64,000 nucleotides of DNA from an uncultured delta proteobacterium (GCA_963745835.1 CAVUZH010000003.1:96001-160000), one strand, 5' to 3'; counted from the stretch's first letter, positions 19,000-29,362 are shown. Notes: generated by a model from the sequence alone, not told the origin. Translations and numbers: made by a program.

Positions 19000-19854
19000 A
19001 TGCTGACTCACTTCCTCTACTGGATCGTAACGTCCCTGGTGTTCTGTTTATTTCCGGCAAATCTGGTCGCGGCTCAAAAGCAACGACCGATTGATGTTAT
19101 TGAGGACAATAGCTTTCTGATCGAGGAGGCGTACAATCAAGACCCGGGCGTGGTTCAACATATTTTCACTGCGCATTACATCAATGATTCACGGCGACGT
19201 GGCTGGGAATTTAGCTTCACTCAAGAATGGCCGGTATTCTCGCAGAACCATCAATTTTCTTACACGATCCCTTCATATCACCTGGTTGAAAATGGCGATC
19301 GGCAAAACGGACTAGGCGACGTGTTGCTCAACTATCGCTATCAGTTGTTGGAAGAGGACGAAGCGAAACCTGCTTTTGCCCCTAGATTCAGCCTGATTCT
19401 TCCATCCGGCAGTCGCAGGCGCGGCACCGGGGACGGAGTTGTCGGCTATGAATTGGGTTTACCTTTCAGCAAGAAGGTTACCGGGCAGCTCGCCTTGCAT
19501 GCCAACTTCGGATTGACCTACCTGCCGAATGCTCGTGCTCCTTTGGGCAGCGGCGGTCTTTCATCCGAACATTCGTTGGTATCCTACAACCTCGGTGCAA
19601 GTGCAATCTACGCGCTGTTACCCCGTATAGATTTTATGCTGGAATGGCTCGGCGATTTCGAAGAAAGCATCGATGACAATGGCAAACCTGAACGCTCGTT
19701 CATGCCCGTTCTGTCTCCGGGCTTGCGCGCGGCGATCGTGGACCGACCTATGCTGCAAATTGTTGCCGGTGCTGCAGCGCCGATCGGTCTCAATCGGAAA
19801 GCAGAAAACTACGGCGCTTTCCTCTATCTCTCGATTGAGCACGACCTGTTCTGA
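19000..19854 (+). CDS. Outer-membrane beta-barrel ('transporter'/MetA-pathway-like) protein
   Basis: Signal peptide; 'IEDNSFLIEEAYNQDPGVVQHI', 'GLGDVLLNYRYQL', C-terminal Phe. Confidence 0.75.
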   Translation: MLTHFLYWIVTSLVFCLFPANLVAAQKQRPIDVIEDNSFLIEEAYNQDPGVVQHIFTAHYINDSRRRGWEFSFTQEWPVFSQNHQFSYTIPSYHLVENGDRQNGLGDVLLNYRYQLLEEDEAKPAFAPRFSLILPSGSRRRGTGDGVVGYELGLPFSKKVTGQLALHANFGLTYLPNARAPLGSGGLSSEHSLVSYNLGASAIYALLPRIDFMLEWLGDFEESIDDNGKPERSFMPVLSPGLRAAIVDRPMLQIVAGAAAPIGLNRKAENYGAFLYLSIEHDLF

Positions 19855-20023
19855 GCTACTGGTCTCTTAGACGGGCATGGACACTCGCACCGAGTTGACT
19901 GCGGTATAACTCAAAGCATTCGGGCCTGCGTTCCGGCGGCTTAAGTCGGAGCGGTCAAAGCCGATCTCCCCAACGAGTACCCGGAACGAATGTCCGGGCA
20001 CTCAGCCGAGCGGCAAGCCAGAG

Positions 20024-20251
20024 TTATGAATGCGAATGCCCGACCATCAATCGATCGGCGGGCGGGGAGTGGCGAGAATGAGAACGGTCACTGTAGGTGA
20101 TTCGTTCGGCACGCAAACCGAGCTGTTTAGCCTGCTCCTGGCAAGACCGGCAAACGACCATGTTTAGAAATACAAGACCGTTTTCCTCGCTGATCACCCG
20201 GTATTTCTCGCCTGTGGCCACTTCGTCGCAATGTTGGCAAATGAATTCCAT
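20024..20251 (-). CDS. Small CxxC-x25-CxxC zinc-ribbon-like hypothetical protein
   Basis: MEFICQHC...VVCRSCQEQAKQLGL. Confidence 0.6.
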   Translation of the reverse strand: MEFICQHCDEVATGEKYRVISEENGLVFLNMVVCRSCQEQAKQLGLRAERITYSDRSHSRHSPPADRLMVGHSHS

Positions 20252-20428
20252 GGTTGCCGTAAGCAGCAAGTGCCATACCCAAAAACATCAATCCGTCGAA
20301 TTATCGCAAATGACACAAAACAACCAAAGACTCCAAGTCGTGTCCCATCGGTAAGAATGCGGACCCTTAATGCTGTTGCGTTAGAGAGACGTTCAGATGT
20401 CCCGGTGAGCACGCGGCCATTCGACATC

Positions 20429-20836
20429 CTACTGCCGGGTTCCGAAAGTATTTTGATCGACCATCCATTGCTTTTTCGCTGAGTGGTCAACTCGTTGATT
20501 CTCAACTTTTTGATCTTTGGCAGTGACGCGAAGAATTTCCAGCGGTTCGCTGGACGAGCTTTCAAACCAATACTTAAACCCCCGAGGAATCAAAATACCT
20601 TCGCCTTTGTTAAACTCGCCGATAACTTCATCGCCCTCGCCATAAAATTTTACGGCGCCGCTCATTACATACCAGAACGCATCGTCGCCGGTATGCGAGT
20701 GTAAGTTGTTCTCGCCGCCATCCTTTACCACCTGCACTTGGACCTTCATTAGATCGCTGTTGCAGACCTGCACGGTTTTTTTGACTCCGTCGAATTGCGG
20801 CATCTGGTATTTAAAGACTTTAGCTTCCTGCGCCAT
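20429..20836 (-). CDS. Cupin domain protein
   Basis: 'GGENNLHSHTGDDAFWYVMSG', 'LIPRGFKYWF'; RBS GAGGTG. Confidence 0.88.
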   Translation of the reverse strand: MAQEAKVFKYQMPQFDGVKKTVQVCNSDLMKVQVQVVKDGGENNLHSHTGDDAFWYVMSGAVKFYGEGDEVIGEFNKGEGILIPRGFKYWFESSSSEPLEILRVTAKDQKVENQRVDHSAKKQWMVDQNTFGTRQ

Positions 20837-21178
20837 GGATCACCTCGCCTGTTTATTTTTCACCGTGGGAGACCACGGCGAACTGTTTTCGAGCTTATTC
20901 CCAGGACAGATGTTTCGTCAAGAGCTAGTCTGCTTGCGACCTTGGGTGCTCCGGAAAATATCTCGCGTGGTTGACGACTGTGTTGGCCGCGTATACTTTT
21001 CGTCAATTAAACCTTGCTTCGCGCGAAAGATGTCGCCAACTCCAGCGCTGAAGCAAGGGTCGTCAGGTATTGTTCGGGGATCGCATAGCGGCATGATGCA
21101 ACAACGACCACGGCTTCAGATCTAGCTGGGAACTAAATTGAGCCATTTCTAGTGACGGCTCGGGAAAGGTGCAGAGAA

Positions 21179-22528
21179 ATGAGCGAGCTCATAATTACTA
21201 ACGCTTTGATTGTGCCGATGACGCAAGAGAAGAGATCATTTCATGGTTATGCGCAGGTGAAAGATGGCATCATAAACGGCGTCGGCGCGGGAGCGCCCGC
21301 CGCGGTAGGTTCCGGTGAACTCATCGATGCCGCCGGCTGCGTTCTACTTCCGGGCCTCATCAATGCACATACGCATCTCTATCAAGTGCTGCTGCGGGCG
21401 GTCTGGGAAGACCTGCCGTTGATGCCGTGGCTGAAACGCATTTATGGCGCTGCCCAGGTGCTACGACCGGACCATTTCTATACCGGCTCGCTGCTGGGTT
21501 GCGTCGAAGCGATTCGCAGTGGCGTGACAACGGTCTGCGAACATAATTTCCTTAATCCCGATCCGGAGTGCGCGTTTGAATCAGTGCGGGCCATTCAAGA
21601 CTCGGGGTTGCGGTCGGTGTTTGCCCGGACGATCATGGACACTGGAGAAATCGTGCCGGACTGCACGCGCGAGACGCCGGAAACTGCATTCGCTCGAATC
21701 GAATCGGTTCTTTCGCGCCATAAATACCACGATAAACTCAGCTTCATGACCGGGCCGAACACGCCGCCGATCAACACGACGCCGGCGTTGCTCAAAGAGA
21801 TTCGCGGATTCGCAGACGCTGCGGGTATCGGTATCAGCGCCCATGTCGCCGAGTCGAGGTCGGTGTTGGAATGCGTGCAAAACGAACACGGCGCGGGGGG
21901 CGTCGTCGAGTTTCTGCATCGGTTCGGCATCCCTGGAAATAACACTATCTTCGCTCACTCCGTTCACATTTCCAAAGAAGAAATCGCCATACTCAAGCAA
22001 ACCGGCACTTCGGTGTCGCACAATCCAGTGAGTAATATGATGCTTGGAGACGGTGTCGCTCCCGTTGTGGAGATGCTGCGCCAGGGTGTCAACGTCGCCC
22101 TGGGTACCGACGGGGCGGCGAGTAATCATTCCCAAGATCTTTTTGATACCATGAAGGCGGCATCGCTGCTGCAAAAAGTTCATCATCAGGATGCCGGCAT
22201 CATCGAGCCGTACGCGGTTTTGCGAATGGCGACTGCCGGCGGAGCGGCCGCTCTCGGCTTGTCATCGGTCTGCGGCACGGTCGAGGTCGGCAAACGCGCC
22301 GATTTGATTCTGGTCGATTTAGACACCGCGCATGTCCAGCCAATCAATGACGTCTTCAGCCAGATCGTCCACTGCGCCAAGGCAAGCGATGTACGAACGG
22401 TGATTGTCGACGGCGAGATACTTATGCGCAATCGCCAACTCAGCCGTCACGATGAGGGAAAATTGTTGTCGACTGCCAAGCAAGCCAACCGTGATTTGAT
22501 GAACCGCGTGAACAATCTGTCGTTCTAG
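21179..22528 (+). CDS. Metal-dependent amidohydrolase, MtaD/AtzB/guanine-deaminase superfamily
   Basis: 'PGLINAHTH', 'HVAES', 'SHNPVSN', 'ALGTDGAASN', 'GKRADL'. Confidence 0.9.
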   Translation: MSELIITNALIVPMTQEKRSFHGYAQVKDGIINGVGAGAPAAVGSGELIDAAGCVLLPGLINAHTHLYQVLLRAVWEDLPLMPWLKRIYGAAQVLRPDHFYTGSLLGCVEAIRSGVTTVCEHNFLNPDPECAFESVRAIQDSGLRSVFARTIMDTGEIVPDCTRETPETAFARIESVLSRHKYHDKLSFMTGPNTPPINTTPALLKEIRGFADAAGIGISAHVAESRSVLECVQNEHGAGGVVEFLHRFGIPGNNTIFAHSVHISKEEIAILKQTGTSVSHNPVSNMMLGDGVAPVVEMLRQGVNVALGTDGAASNHSQDLFDTMKAASLLQKVHHQDAGIIEPYAVLRMATAGGAAALGLSSVCGTVEVGKRADLILVDLDTAHVQPINDVFSQIVHCAKASDVRTVIVDGEILMRNRQLSRHDEGKLLSTAKQANRDLMNRVNNLSF

Positions 22529-22764
22529 TTATTATCCTAATTGTCTTCGACGATGCTACGCAAATCGAGGCTGGCGGTCTCAACCCGGGCTGGTGGAAAA
22601 TGCTTGCTCTCCGGCACGATGGGCGCGCTTTTGCGAGTTCATGATGATCTGTGCACTATACGTTATCCGCGCATATCCGACGCGAACACGTCGTTTGATA
22701 AGAAGAACGCGAGCCCGTTGCCTGTAACCTATAACTTAGGAGTTTCAGCCGCGTACTCTAGACC

Positions 22765-23631
22765 ATGATTTACTTGCTCCTCGCAATTGTCGGGTCCGGT
22801 TTGATCCCGGTCCTGTTCCGCGGCTTTGCCGATTGGCGCGTGAACGTGTTCTGGGCGATTCCGGTCAACTATCTGACCTGCGTCATCGCCGGCAGCATCT
22901 GGGGCGGGCATCCGCTAGCCCTGACCATGTTGCCAAGCCAGCGATGGCTTTGGCTGGCGATGCTTCAAGGTGGCATACTGGCAATCAATTTTTTCTTGCT
23001 GGCTTACACCGCGCAGCGAGTCGGTGTTTCGGTTGCTGCCTTGGCGAGCCGTTTGTCTGTGGCGATCCCTTCGGTTTTGGCATTCCTCTTCTATGGCGAT
23101 TCATTCAATGCGGTGAAACTCACTGGTTTGGCGGCGGCACTGTTGTCACTCTATTTATGCACCGCATCGACACAGAGGGATGCGACAATTCGTCCACTCC
23201 GTTTAAAGCTTCTTCCGCTGTTAGTATTTCTGACCTTCGGCTGTTACTTCATTGTGATCAAGTACGCTCAAGTCCACTATCTGAGTGAGACCTCTTTTCA
23301 TGATTATGTGATGGCCGGATTTCTTTTTGGTTTTTTGACCGCCCTAGCGATTTGTTCAGCGCGACGCTTGCTCGTGCTCAAACAATTCCGCCTGGTTGAT
23401 GTCCTCTCTGGACTGATCCTCGGGGTGGTAAACTATGTGGCAGTTTACGCTTTGGTTAAGGCGCTTGCGCTTGAAGGTTGGCAGAGCTCTCAGCTATATC
23501 CCATGTACAGCGTCGGAGTTGTGGCTGTGAGCACGGGACTAGCCATGCTGCTTTTCAATGAAAGATTATCAAACACCAGAAAAGTCGGATTGGTTGTGGG
23601 TCTGGTGGCGGTGGCGCTGCTCAATCGTTGA
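22765..23631 (+). CDS. EamA/DMT-like membrane transporter
   Basis: About 10 TM segments; 'LLFNERLS' C-terminal EamA motif. Confidence 0.8.
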   Translation: MIYLLLAIVGSGLIPVLFRGFADWRVNVFWAIPVNYLTCVIAGSIWGGHPLALTMLPSQRWLWLAMLQGGILAINFFLLAYTAQRVGVSVAALASRLSVAIPSVLAFLFYGDSFNAVKLTGLAAALLSLYLCTASTQRDATIRPLRLKLLPLLVFLTFGCYFIVIKYAQVHYLSETSFHDYVMAGFLFGFLTALAICSARRLLVLKQFRLVDVLSGLILGVVNYVAVYALVKALALEGWQSSQLYPMYSVGVVAVSTGLAMLLFNERLSNTRKVGLVVGLVAVALLNR

Positions 23632-23733
23632 GCTGCAGCGCTGCACGCGGCTCCCATAATTCAAAACCGTGGAACCGGTGACGATTAGCTCGGCTTTTGC
23701 TAATTAGCCGAATTACATATCTAAGGAAATGTT

Positions 23734-24723
23734 ATGCGCAAGCCGCTTTCTCTCATCACGGTGTTCTTGATTTGCATGGCGTGGTTCTCTCAGGCTTGGG
23801 CGCAAGGAAAGAAGCTCGAGAAAATTCGAGTCGGCGGCGGCTCAGTCGGAGCGCCGCAGATGACCATGTGGTACGCAAAAGAAGCAAACTTGTACGAGAA
23901 GCATGGACTTGCCGTCGAAGCGATCCACATCCCGGGAAGCTCGATGGCTTTGCAGGCGATGCTTTCCGGAGAAGTGCCGATCATTCAGCTGGGCGGCGCG
24001 GCTTCAATGCAGGCAAACCTGGCGGGCGCCGATACCGTGATCGTCGCGACGGTTCTCAAAAAGTTTCTGTTCTCCATTTTTAGCCGGCCGGACATTACCA
24101 GAATTGCCGATCTCAAAGGCAAGTTATTCGGTGCTACGCGCTTTGGCACGTTGTCCGATTTCGCGTCGCGGTTTGCTTTGGAGAGAAATGGTCTCAATCC
24201 GGAGCGGGATATCACCATGGTTCAAACCGGTGGCCAACCGGAAACTGTCATGGCGCTCATTACCGGAAAGGTTCAAGCGGCGGCGCTTTCCGTGCCGGCA
24301 ACGATGCGTGCCAAGCAAGCGAATATGCGGGAGCTCTTGGACATGGCTAAGCTGGAGGCGACCATCCATCAGAACGGAGTCGTGACCACCCGCCGATACC
24401 TAAAGAGCAACGAAGATACAGTGCGGCGCTTTCTCCGGGCCTACACCGAAGGCGCGGTGCTTGCCAAGAGAGACAAGGCTTTTGCCGCGCGGGTTATGGC
24501 CAAATACCTCGGCACCCAAGACCGGGAGATGCTCGATGATGCCTACGAGCGCGTGACACGTCATCTTGAAATCCCGCCTTACCCGAGTGTGGAAGGAGTT
24601 TCCGTTCTGCTAAAAACATTGGAAAAGACCCAACCCAAAGCCCAGACGGTGAACCCCGAAGATTTTATCGATGCCCGATTGCTGCGTGAGATCGCTAATA
24701 GCGGATTCATCGATCGGCTGTAG
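23734..24723 (+). CDS. ABC substrate-binding protein, SsuA/THI5/NMT1 type
   Basis: Signal peptide; 'DLKGKLFGATRFGTLSD'. Confidence 0.9.
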   Translation: MRKPLSLITVFLICMAWFSQAWAQGKKLEKIRVGGGSVGAPQMTMWYAKEANLYEKHGLAVEAIHIPGSSMALQAMLSGEVPIIQLGGAASMQANLAGADTVIVATVLKKFLFSIFSRPDITRIADLKGKLFGATRFGTLSDFASRFALERNGLNPERDITMVQTGGQPETVMALITGKVQAAALSVPATMRAKQANMRELLDMAKLEATIHQNGVVTTRRYLKSNEDTVRRFLRAYTEGAVLAKRDKAFAARVMAKYLGTQDREMLDDAYERVTRHLEIPPYPSVEGVSVLLKTLEKTQPKAQTVNPEDFIDARLLREIANSGFIDRL

Positions 24724-24744
24724 CGTCTAACCGTGTTCCCCAGG

Positions 24745-24772
24745 TTGACATGACTGCATTTGCGACTAGTGT
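24745..24772 (+). promoter_or_regulatory. sigma70-like promoter TTGACA-N16-TAGTGT for glgC
   Basis: Consensus -35 at 24745-24750, 20 bp before the GTG start. Confidence 0.45.
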
Positions 24773-24792
24773 TAAATTAGGATGAGTCTTAC

Positions 24793-26082
24793 GTGAAAAG
24801 AGTACTAGCCATCATCTTGGGCGGAGGCGCCGGAACCCGGCTGTATCCTTTAACTAAACTTCGCGCCAAGCCCGCCGTTCCTATTGCCGGCAAGTATCGC
24901 TTGATCGACATTCCCATCAGCAACTGCATCAACTCGGAGATCCAGCGGATCTATGTCTTAACCCAGTTCAATTCGGCCTCGCTCAACCGGCATATTACGC
25001 GAACCTATGGCATGGCCGGGTTCCAGCAGGGCTTTGTCGAAGTTTTGGCCGCCCAGCAGACGCTGGAAAACCCAAACTGGTTTGAAGGAACTGCCGACGC
25101 GGTGCGGAAATATTGCTGGTTGTTTGCCGAATGGGATGTCGATCAATACCTGATTCTCTCAGGCGATCATCTCTATCGGATGAACTATGCGGATTTCATT
25201 GGCCGCCATCGCGAAACTCGAGCCGACGTGACGCTCGCCGTGATACCTGTCGAGGAACGTGGGGCGTCGGACTTTGGTTTGATGAAGATCGACAGGAAAG
25301 GGCGTGTGCAGTCCTTCAGCGAAAAGCCCAAAGGGGACGCGCTCAAGTCCATGCAGGTCGACACCAGCGTTCTGGGCCTTCCGGCAGATAAAGCCAGTGG
25401 GCTCCCCTATATTGCTTCCATGGGGATTTATGTATTTGAAAGGCAAGTTCTGTTCGATCTGTTGAAAGAATCCCCTGATCGGACGGATTTCGGCAAGGAA
25501 ATCCTTCCGGCTGCTTTGAAAAATTACAACGTGCAGGCCTATCTCTTTAAAGATTATTGGGAAGATATTGGAACCATCGAAGCTTTTTACAATGCAAATC
25601 TAGCGCTTACGCAGCAGCCGAGTCCGCCGTTCAGCTTTTACGATGAAAGGGCGCCGATCTATACCCGCTCGCGCTATCTGCCGCCGACCAAGTTGCTCGA
25701 CTGCAACGTTGTTGAATCGATGGTCGGCGAGGGCTGTATTCTTCGGGAATGTACGGTAAAGCGCTCGGTAATAGGAATTCGATCGCGCATCGAAACCGGC
25801 TGCCTGATCGATAATGTTTTATTCATGGGATCGGACTTCTACGAATCCCCGCAAGAACGGTTACAGACGGTGGAGAGTGGAAAGGTTCCGTTGGGGATTG
25901 GAGCAAACACGATCATTCAACGAGCCATCATCGATAAGAATGCGCGCATCGGCCGTAACGTCCGGATGGTCAACCAAGATCGCGTGCAGGAAGGTAACCG
26001 TGAGGATCTTGGCTTTGTTATTCGCAACGGCATTATCGTCGTTATCAAGAACGCAACGATTCCTGATGGCACGGTCATCTAG
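24793..26082 (+). CDS. glgC: Glucose-1-phosphate adenylyltransferase (ADP-glucose pyrophosphorylase), cyanobacterial/plant type
   Basis: [71 protein letters not shown]. Confidence 0.97.
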   Translation: MKRVLAIILGGGAGTRLYPLTKLRAKPAVPIAGKYRLIDIPISNCINSEIQRIYVLTQFNSASLNRHITRTYGMAGFQQGFVEVLAAQQTLENPNWFEGTADAVRKYCWLFAEWDVDQYLILSGDHLYRMNYADFIGRHRETRADVTLAVIPVEERGASDFGLMKIDRKGRVQSFSEKPKGDALKSMQVDTSVLGLPADKASGLPYIASMGIYVFERQVLFDLLKESPDRTDFGKEILPAALKNYNVQAYLFKDYWEDIGTIEAFYNANLALTQQPSPPFSFYDERAPIYTRSRYLPPTKLLDCNVVESMVGEGCILRECTVKRSVIGIRSRIETGCLIDNVLFMGSDFYESPQERLQTVESGKVPLGIGANTIIQRAIIDKNARIGRNVRMVNQDRVQEGNREDLGFVIRNGIIVVIKNATIPDGTVI

Positions 26083-26470
26083 CGGGCGTAGATCAGAAAT
26101 CTTTCGCTACACCAGAAGCCATATTTCTCTTTCCTATTCGGTGGTGTTTAAGATTCCGCCGAAATCGCGGGCCGACTTGTCGCTGACGCTGACCCGCCTA
26201 TGATATTGGGCACGTAAACGGCTAGTGACCTACCCGATCGCTCACCATTCAACATAACGTTCCTATCGCATCGCGAAACCGAAGTTGCCGCGTCGGCTTC
26301 GCATAGGACGCATTTAAGTCAACAGCAGAATTGCGCGAGTAATTTTCCCGTAGAACCGGCCCGCCGACCACCCTAACCGAGAAGCGCTACCGCGGCCGAT
26401 AGCTACAATGAGTCGCGATAATATGATATCGGGATCGATGATCAGCTGATCTTTCGGAGATTCGTTTTCA

Positions 26471-27685
26471 ATGAAAAACCCCCGCATCATCATCGCCGGC
26501 GGTGGCCCCGTCGGCGTTGTTTCAGCGCTGGCCTGCGCGCAATATGGCTATGCGGTAACGCTCTTCGAAGCCGAGGATAGGATTGACGATAACCCGCGAG
26601 CGGCAACCACTCACCCCTCGACTCTCGAATTGATTGCCCGAGTCGGTCTGATCGATCAGTTTATCGGGGAAGGTTTGGTGGCGCGGTTCTTTCAATTTTG
26701 GGATAAGCCGTCGCGCACTAAAATCGTCGAATTCGATCATGACATTCTGCGTGAGGAGACGCCCTATCCGTTTGTCGTTCAGACAGAGCAACACAAGCTT
26801 GCCCGGATGGGCATCGAACGGCTCACGACCTTTCCCAATGCCACAGTGCGCTTTTCCAGCCGCGCCACCATTGTGAATCAAGACGCCGAGGGCGCGACGG
26901 TAACCGTCGAGGGACCACACGGCACGGAAACCTTGCGCGGTGAATATGTCATCGGCGCGGACGGTGGCCGCAGTACAATCCGTAAGGCTCTGGAGATTGA
27001 ATTCGAAGGGTTTACCTGGCCCGAGCGCTTTCTCGTGCTGACTACGATCGAGGACTTTCAAAAAATTCTGACAGGTTGTTGCTATCGTAATTATCTGGCT
27101 GATCCGGACGAGTGGACCAATTTGTTCAAGGTGGCGGGCGACGACGGCAAAGGGCGTTGGCGCGCGGTTTTTCCGACACGGGTGGAAGAGAGCGATGAAC
27201 AGGCGCTGGGAGATGCCTCGACCTATTCGCGCCTGCAACGGGTATTCCCCATTGACCGACCGTACAATGTGGTCCATCGCAATTTATACAAAGTTCACCA
27301 ACGTGTTGCCGCCACTTTTCGCAAGGGGCGCGTGTTTCTTGCCGGCGATTCCGCCCACGTCAACAATTCCGTCGGCGGCTTGGGCCTTAACGGCGGCATT
27401 CACGACGCTATGGAGCTGGTGGACACTCTGCATCAAGTGATCACCAGGCAGTCCAGTGAGGCGTTGCTCGATCGTTATACGCGGAGAAGGCGGACGATGA
27501 ATATCGAATTTGTCCAAGAGCAAACGATCATCAACAAAAAGCGACTGGAGGAGCGCGACCCCAAGGCGCGGCAGGCGCGCTTCGACGAGCTGCGCGCGAT
27601 TGCCGAAGATCCTCAGAAGCACAAGGAATTTTTGCTACGGACTTCACTGATCTCCAGCGTGCGCAAAGCCCAGAGCATCGAGTAA
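26471..27685 (+). CDS. FAD-dependent monooxygenase (MhpA/PHBH-like)
   Basis: GGGPVG, 'IGADGGRSTIRK', 'LAGDSAH...GGLGLNGGIHDA'. Confidence 0.9.
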   Translation: MKNPRIIIAGGGPVGVVSALACAQYGYAVTLFEAEDRIDDNPRAATTHPSTLELIARVGLIDQFIGEGLVARFFQFWDKPSRTKIVEFDHDILREETPYPFVVQTEQHKLARMGIERLTTFPNATVRFSSRATIVNQDAEGATVTVEGPHGTETLRGEYVIGADGGRSTIRKALEIEFEGFTWPERFLVLTTIEDFQKILTGCCYRNYLADPDEWTNLFKVAGDDGKGRWRAVFPTRVEESDEQALGDASTYSRLQRVFPIDRPYNVVHRNLYKVHQRVAATFRKGRVFLAGDSAHVNNSVGGLGLNGGIHDAMELVDTLHQVITRQSSEALLDRYTRRRRTMNIEFVQEQTIINKKRLEERDPKARQARFDELRAIAEDPQKHKEFLLRTSLISSVRKAQSIE

Positions 27686-27991
27686 GAAAACAATCTCGAG
27701 CTCGACCGAGTGCGCGCGCTCTTCAGTGGCACCCTTGGAAGTTCTTCGCCCGTTTCAGATTTGTAAATTGCATTCTGACGTTACCGACACGCGTTTTTTT
27801 CATCTCCGATAACGTGCGCAGGCCCAAATTCGTTTCCATACTGCGGTTGCAACGGGTTCCAGCAAGCTTAAAATGAATTTGCGCTGACCAGCACAGGACG
27901 CATCATGGTACGTGATCGTAACGAGCTTTTACTTGATCCAGACCACTCATTGATCCGGATTTCACGTTGAGCAAATAAGGAAACAACGCTC

Positions 27992-28411
27992 ATGTCCGAG
28001 ACAATTACAGTCTCCGGCGAACCGCCACCGGCGCTCGTCAATGTTACAAATCTTGTGTATGCCTTGCATGCGCTAAGCCTGGTAATCGGTATAACGACGG
28101 CAGCAACGATTGTTGGCGCCTTCGTCTTTGGGGTGCCATCGATCATTGCAGTGGTGATCAATTACCTTAAACGGGAAGAAGCCAGAGGAACCTTCCTCGA
28201 GTCCCACTTTCGTTGGCAGATCCGAACGTTTTGGTTTTCGCTCCTCTGGTGCATCATCGCCGTGATGCTGTTCATTACCATACTGGGCATTCCCCTTGCC
28301 CTAATCGTCTTATTCTCGGCTGGGATATGGGCCATCTACCGGATCGCTCGCGGCTGGCTGGCGCTGCGCGATCGAAAGCCGATGTATACCAGCGGTGGAC
28401 TGCGCATCTGA
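27992..28411 (+). CDS. Small membrane protein (DUF4870-like)
   Basis: 'ESHFRWQIRTFW', 'YRIARGW'. Confidence 0.8.
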   Translation: MSETITVSGEPPPALVNVTNLVYALHALSLVIGITTAATIVGAFVFGVPSIIAVVINYLKREEARGTFLESHFRWQIRTFWFSLLWCIIAVMLFITILGIPLALIVLFSAGIWAIYRIARGWLALRDRKPMYTSGGLRI

Positions 28412-28476
28412 CACGCACAAGAGCAGGCGAATTGATCCCCGATTTACCGTGTTCTCGCTCGGCTTCAGGTGAGTTT

Positions 28477-28962
28477 TCAAAAATAACCGACAAGGCGTCC
28501 CAAAGTCAGTGCCGACAGCCACGCCGCAAGCGATATTGCCGCGGCGACTTGTAAACGAGTCGACGGCTTCCATTGGTTTGATTCGACTTGCGAGACTTGC
28601 GCGAGGGTCGACATGCGCAGCATCAAAGTATTCGCCGTGCCTAACAGGACGAGAATCATTTTGGCAATAAATAGATTAGACGCGGCGTACTCGGTGGCGC
28701 GAGTGATGAACAAGAGCGTCCCAAAGATTATGGCCAAACCCAAGCCAATGCCGGCCATGCGTGTCAGCACTGCCCAGAGCGGTGCCAGCGGGATCGAGCC
28801 CCACAGGCCGAGAAGGCGCAGATCCAATGGCACGACGGATCCGATCAGAAGCGCCACGCCAAGGATATGCGCGGTATTGACTAAGGGATAACTCCAGATC
28901 GAGTTGCGAAGGGCCGTCGCGACCTCTGTCGCTTCCAGCGCCGCGGTCCATTCACCGATCAT
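28477..28962 (-). CDS. Membrane protein (DUF6644/DUF2214-like)
   Basis: 'YPLVNTAHILGVALLIG...DLRLLG', 'FIAKM', 'GRLVGY'. Confidence 0.75.
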   Translation of the reverse strand: MIGEWTAALEATEVATALRNSIWSYPLVNTAHILGVALLIGSVVPLDLRLLGLWGSIPLAPLWAVLTRMAGIGLGLAIIFGTLLFITRATEYAASNLFIAKMILVLLGTANTLMLRMSTLAQVSQVESNQWKPSTRLQVAAAISLAAWLSALTLGRLVGYF

Positions 28963-28978
28963 CCTTGCTGTGAGCTAA

Positions 28979-29362
28979 TCATGATTCGCGGTCGGGGTAG
29001 AGATTGTAGCTTCGGCCATTGATTACCACGCGCTCGGCCTTCATCAGCCGCTGCCCTTTCTTCGCGGAGCGATGGCCAAGCGCGGTGATAACTTGTCCTT
29101 TACTAAGCAGCTTCTGCGTTAATCCCGCTTTTTCGTTACGCCACGGTTGTCCCACTTCGACGATCCACTTGTCACCCTCGACGTCGAGGGTTAATTCACC
29201 GTGAGGATTGCCCAGCCGCACGGCCGTGATTTCGCCGGTAAGCTGAAATTCTTCCTGCGTTGCCCAGCCCCAGCCATGATGTGCCCGCACCGGTTGCGTC
29301 AAGAAAACTCCTGTGAGCACCGCGAGGAGCGCCAGGCTAAATGATCTTGATACCAGTTTCAT
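28979..29362 (-). CDS. Secreted OB-fold protein (DUF6152-like)
   Basis: Signal peptide ending 'VRA-HHGW'; 'NPHGEL'. Confidence 0.75.
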   Translation of the reverse strand: MKLVSRSFSLALLAVLTGVFLTQPVRAHHGWGWATQEEFQLTGEITAVRLGNPHGELTLDVEGDKWIVEVGQPWRNEKAGLTQKLLSKGQVITALGHRSAKKGQRLMKAERVVINGRSYNLYPDRES

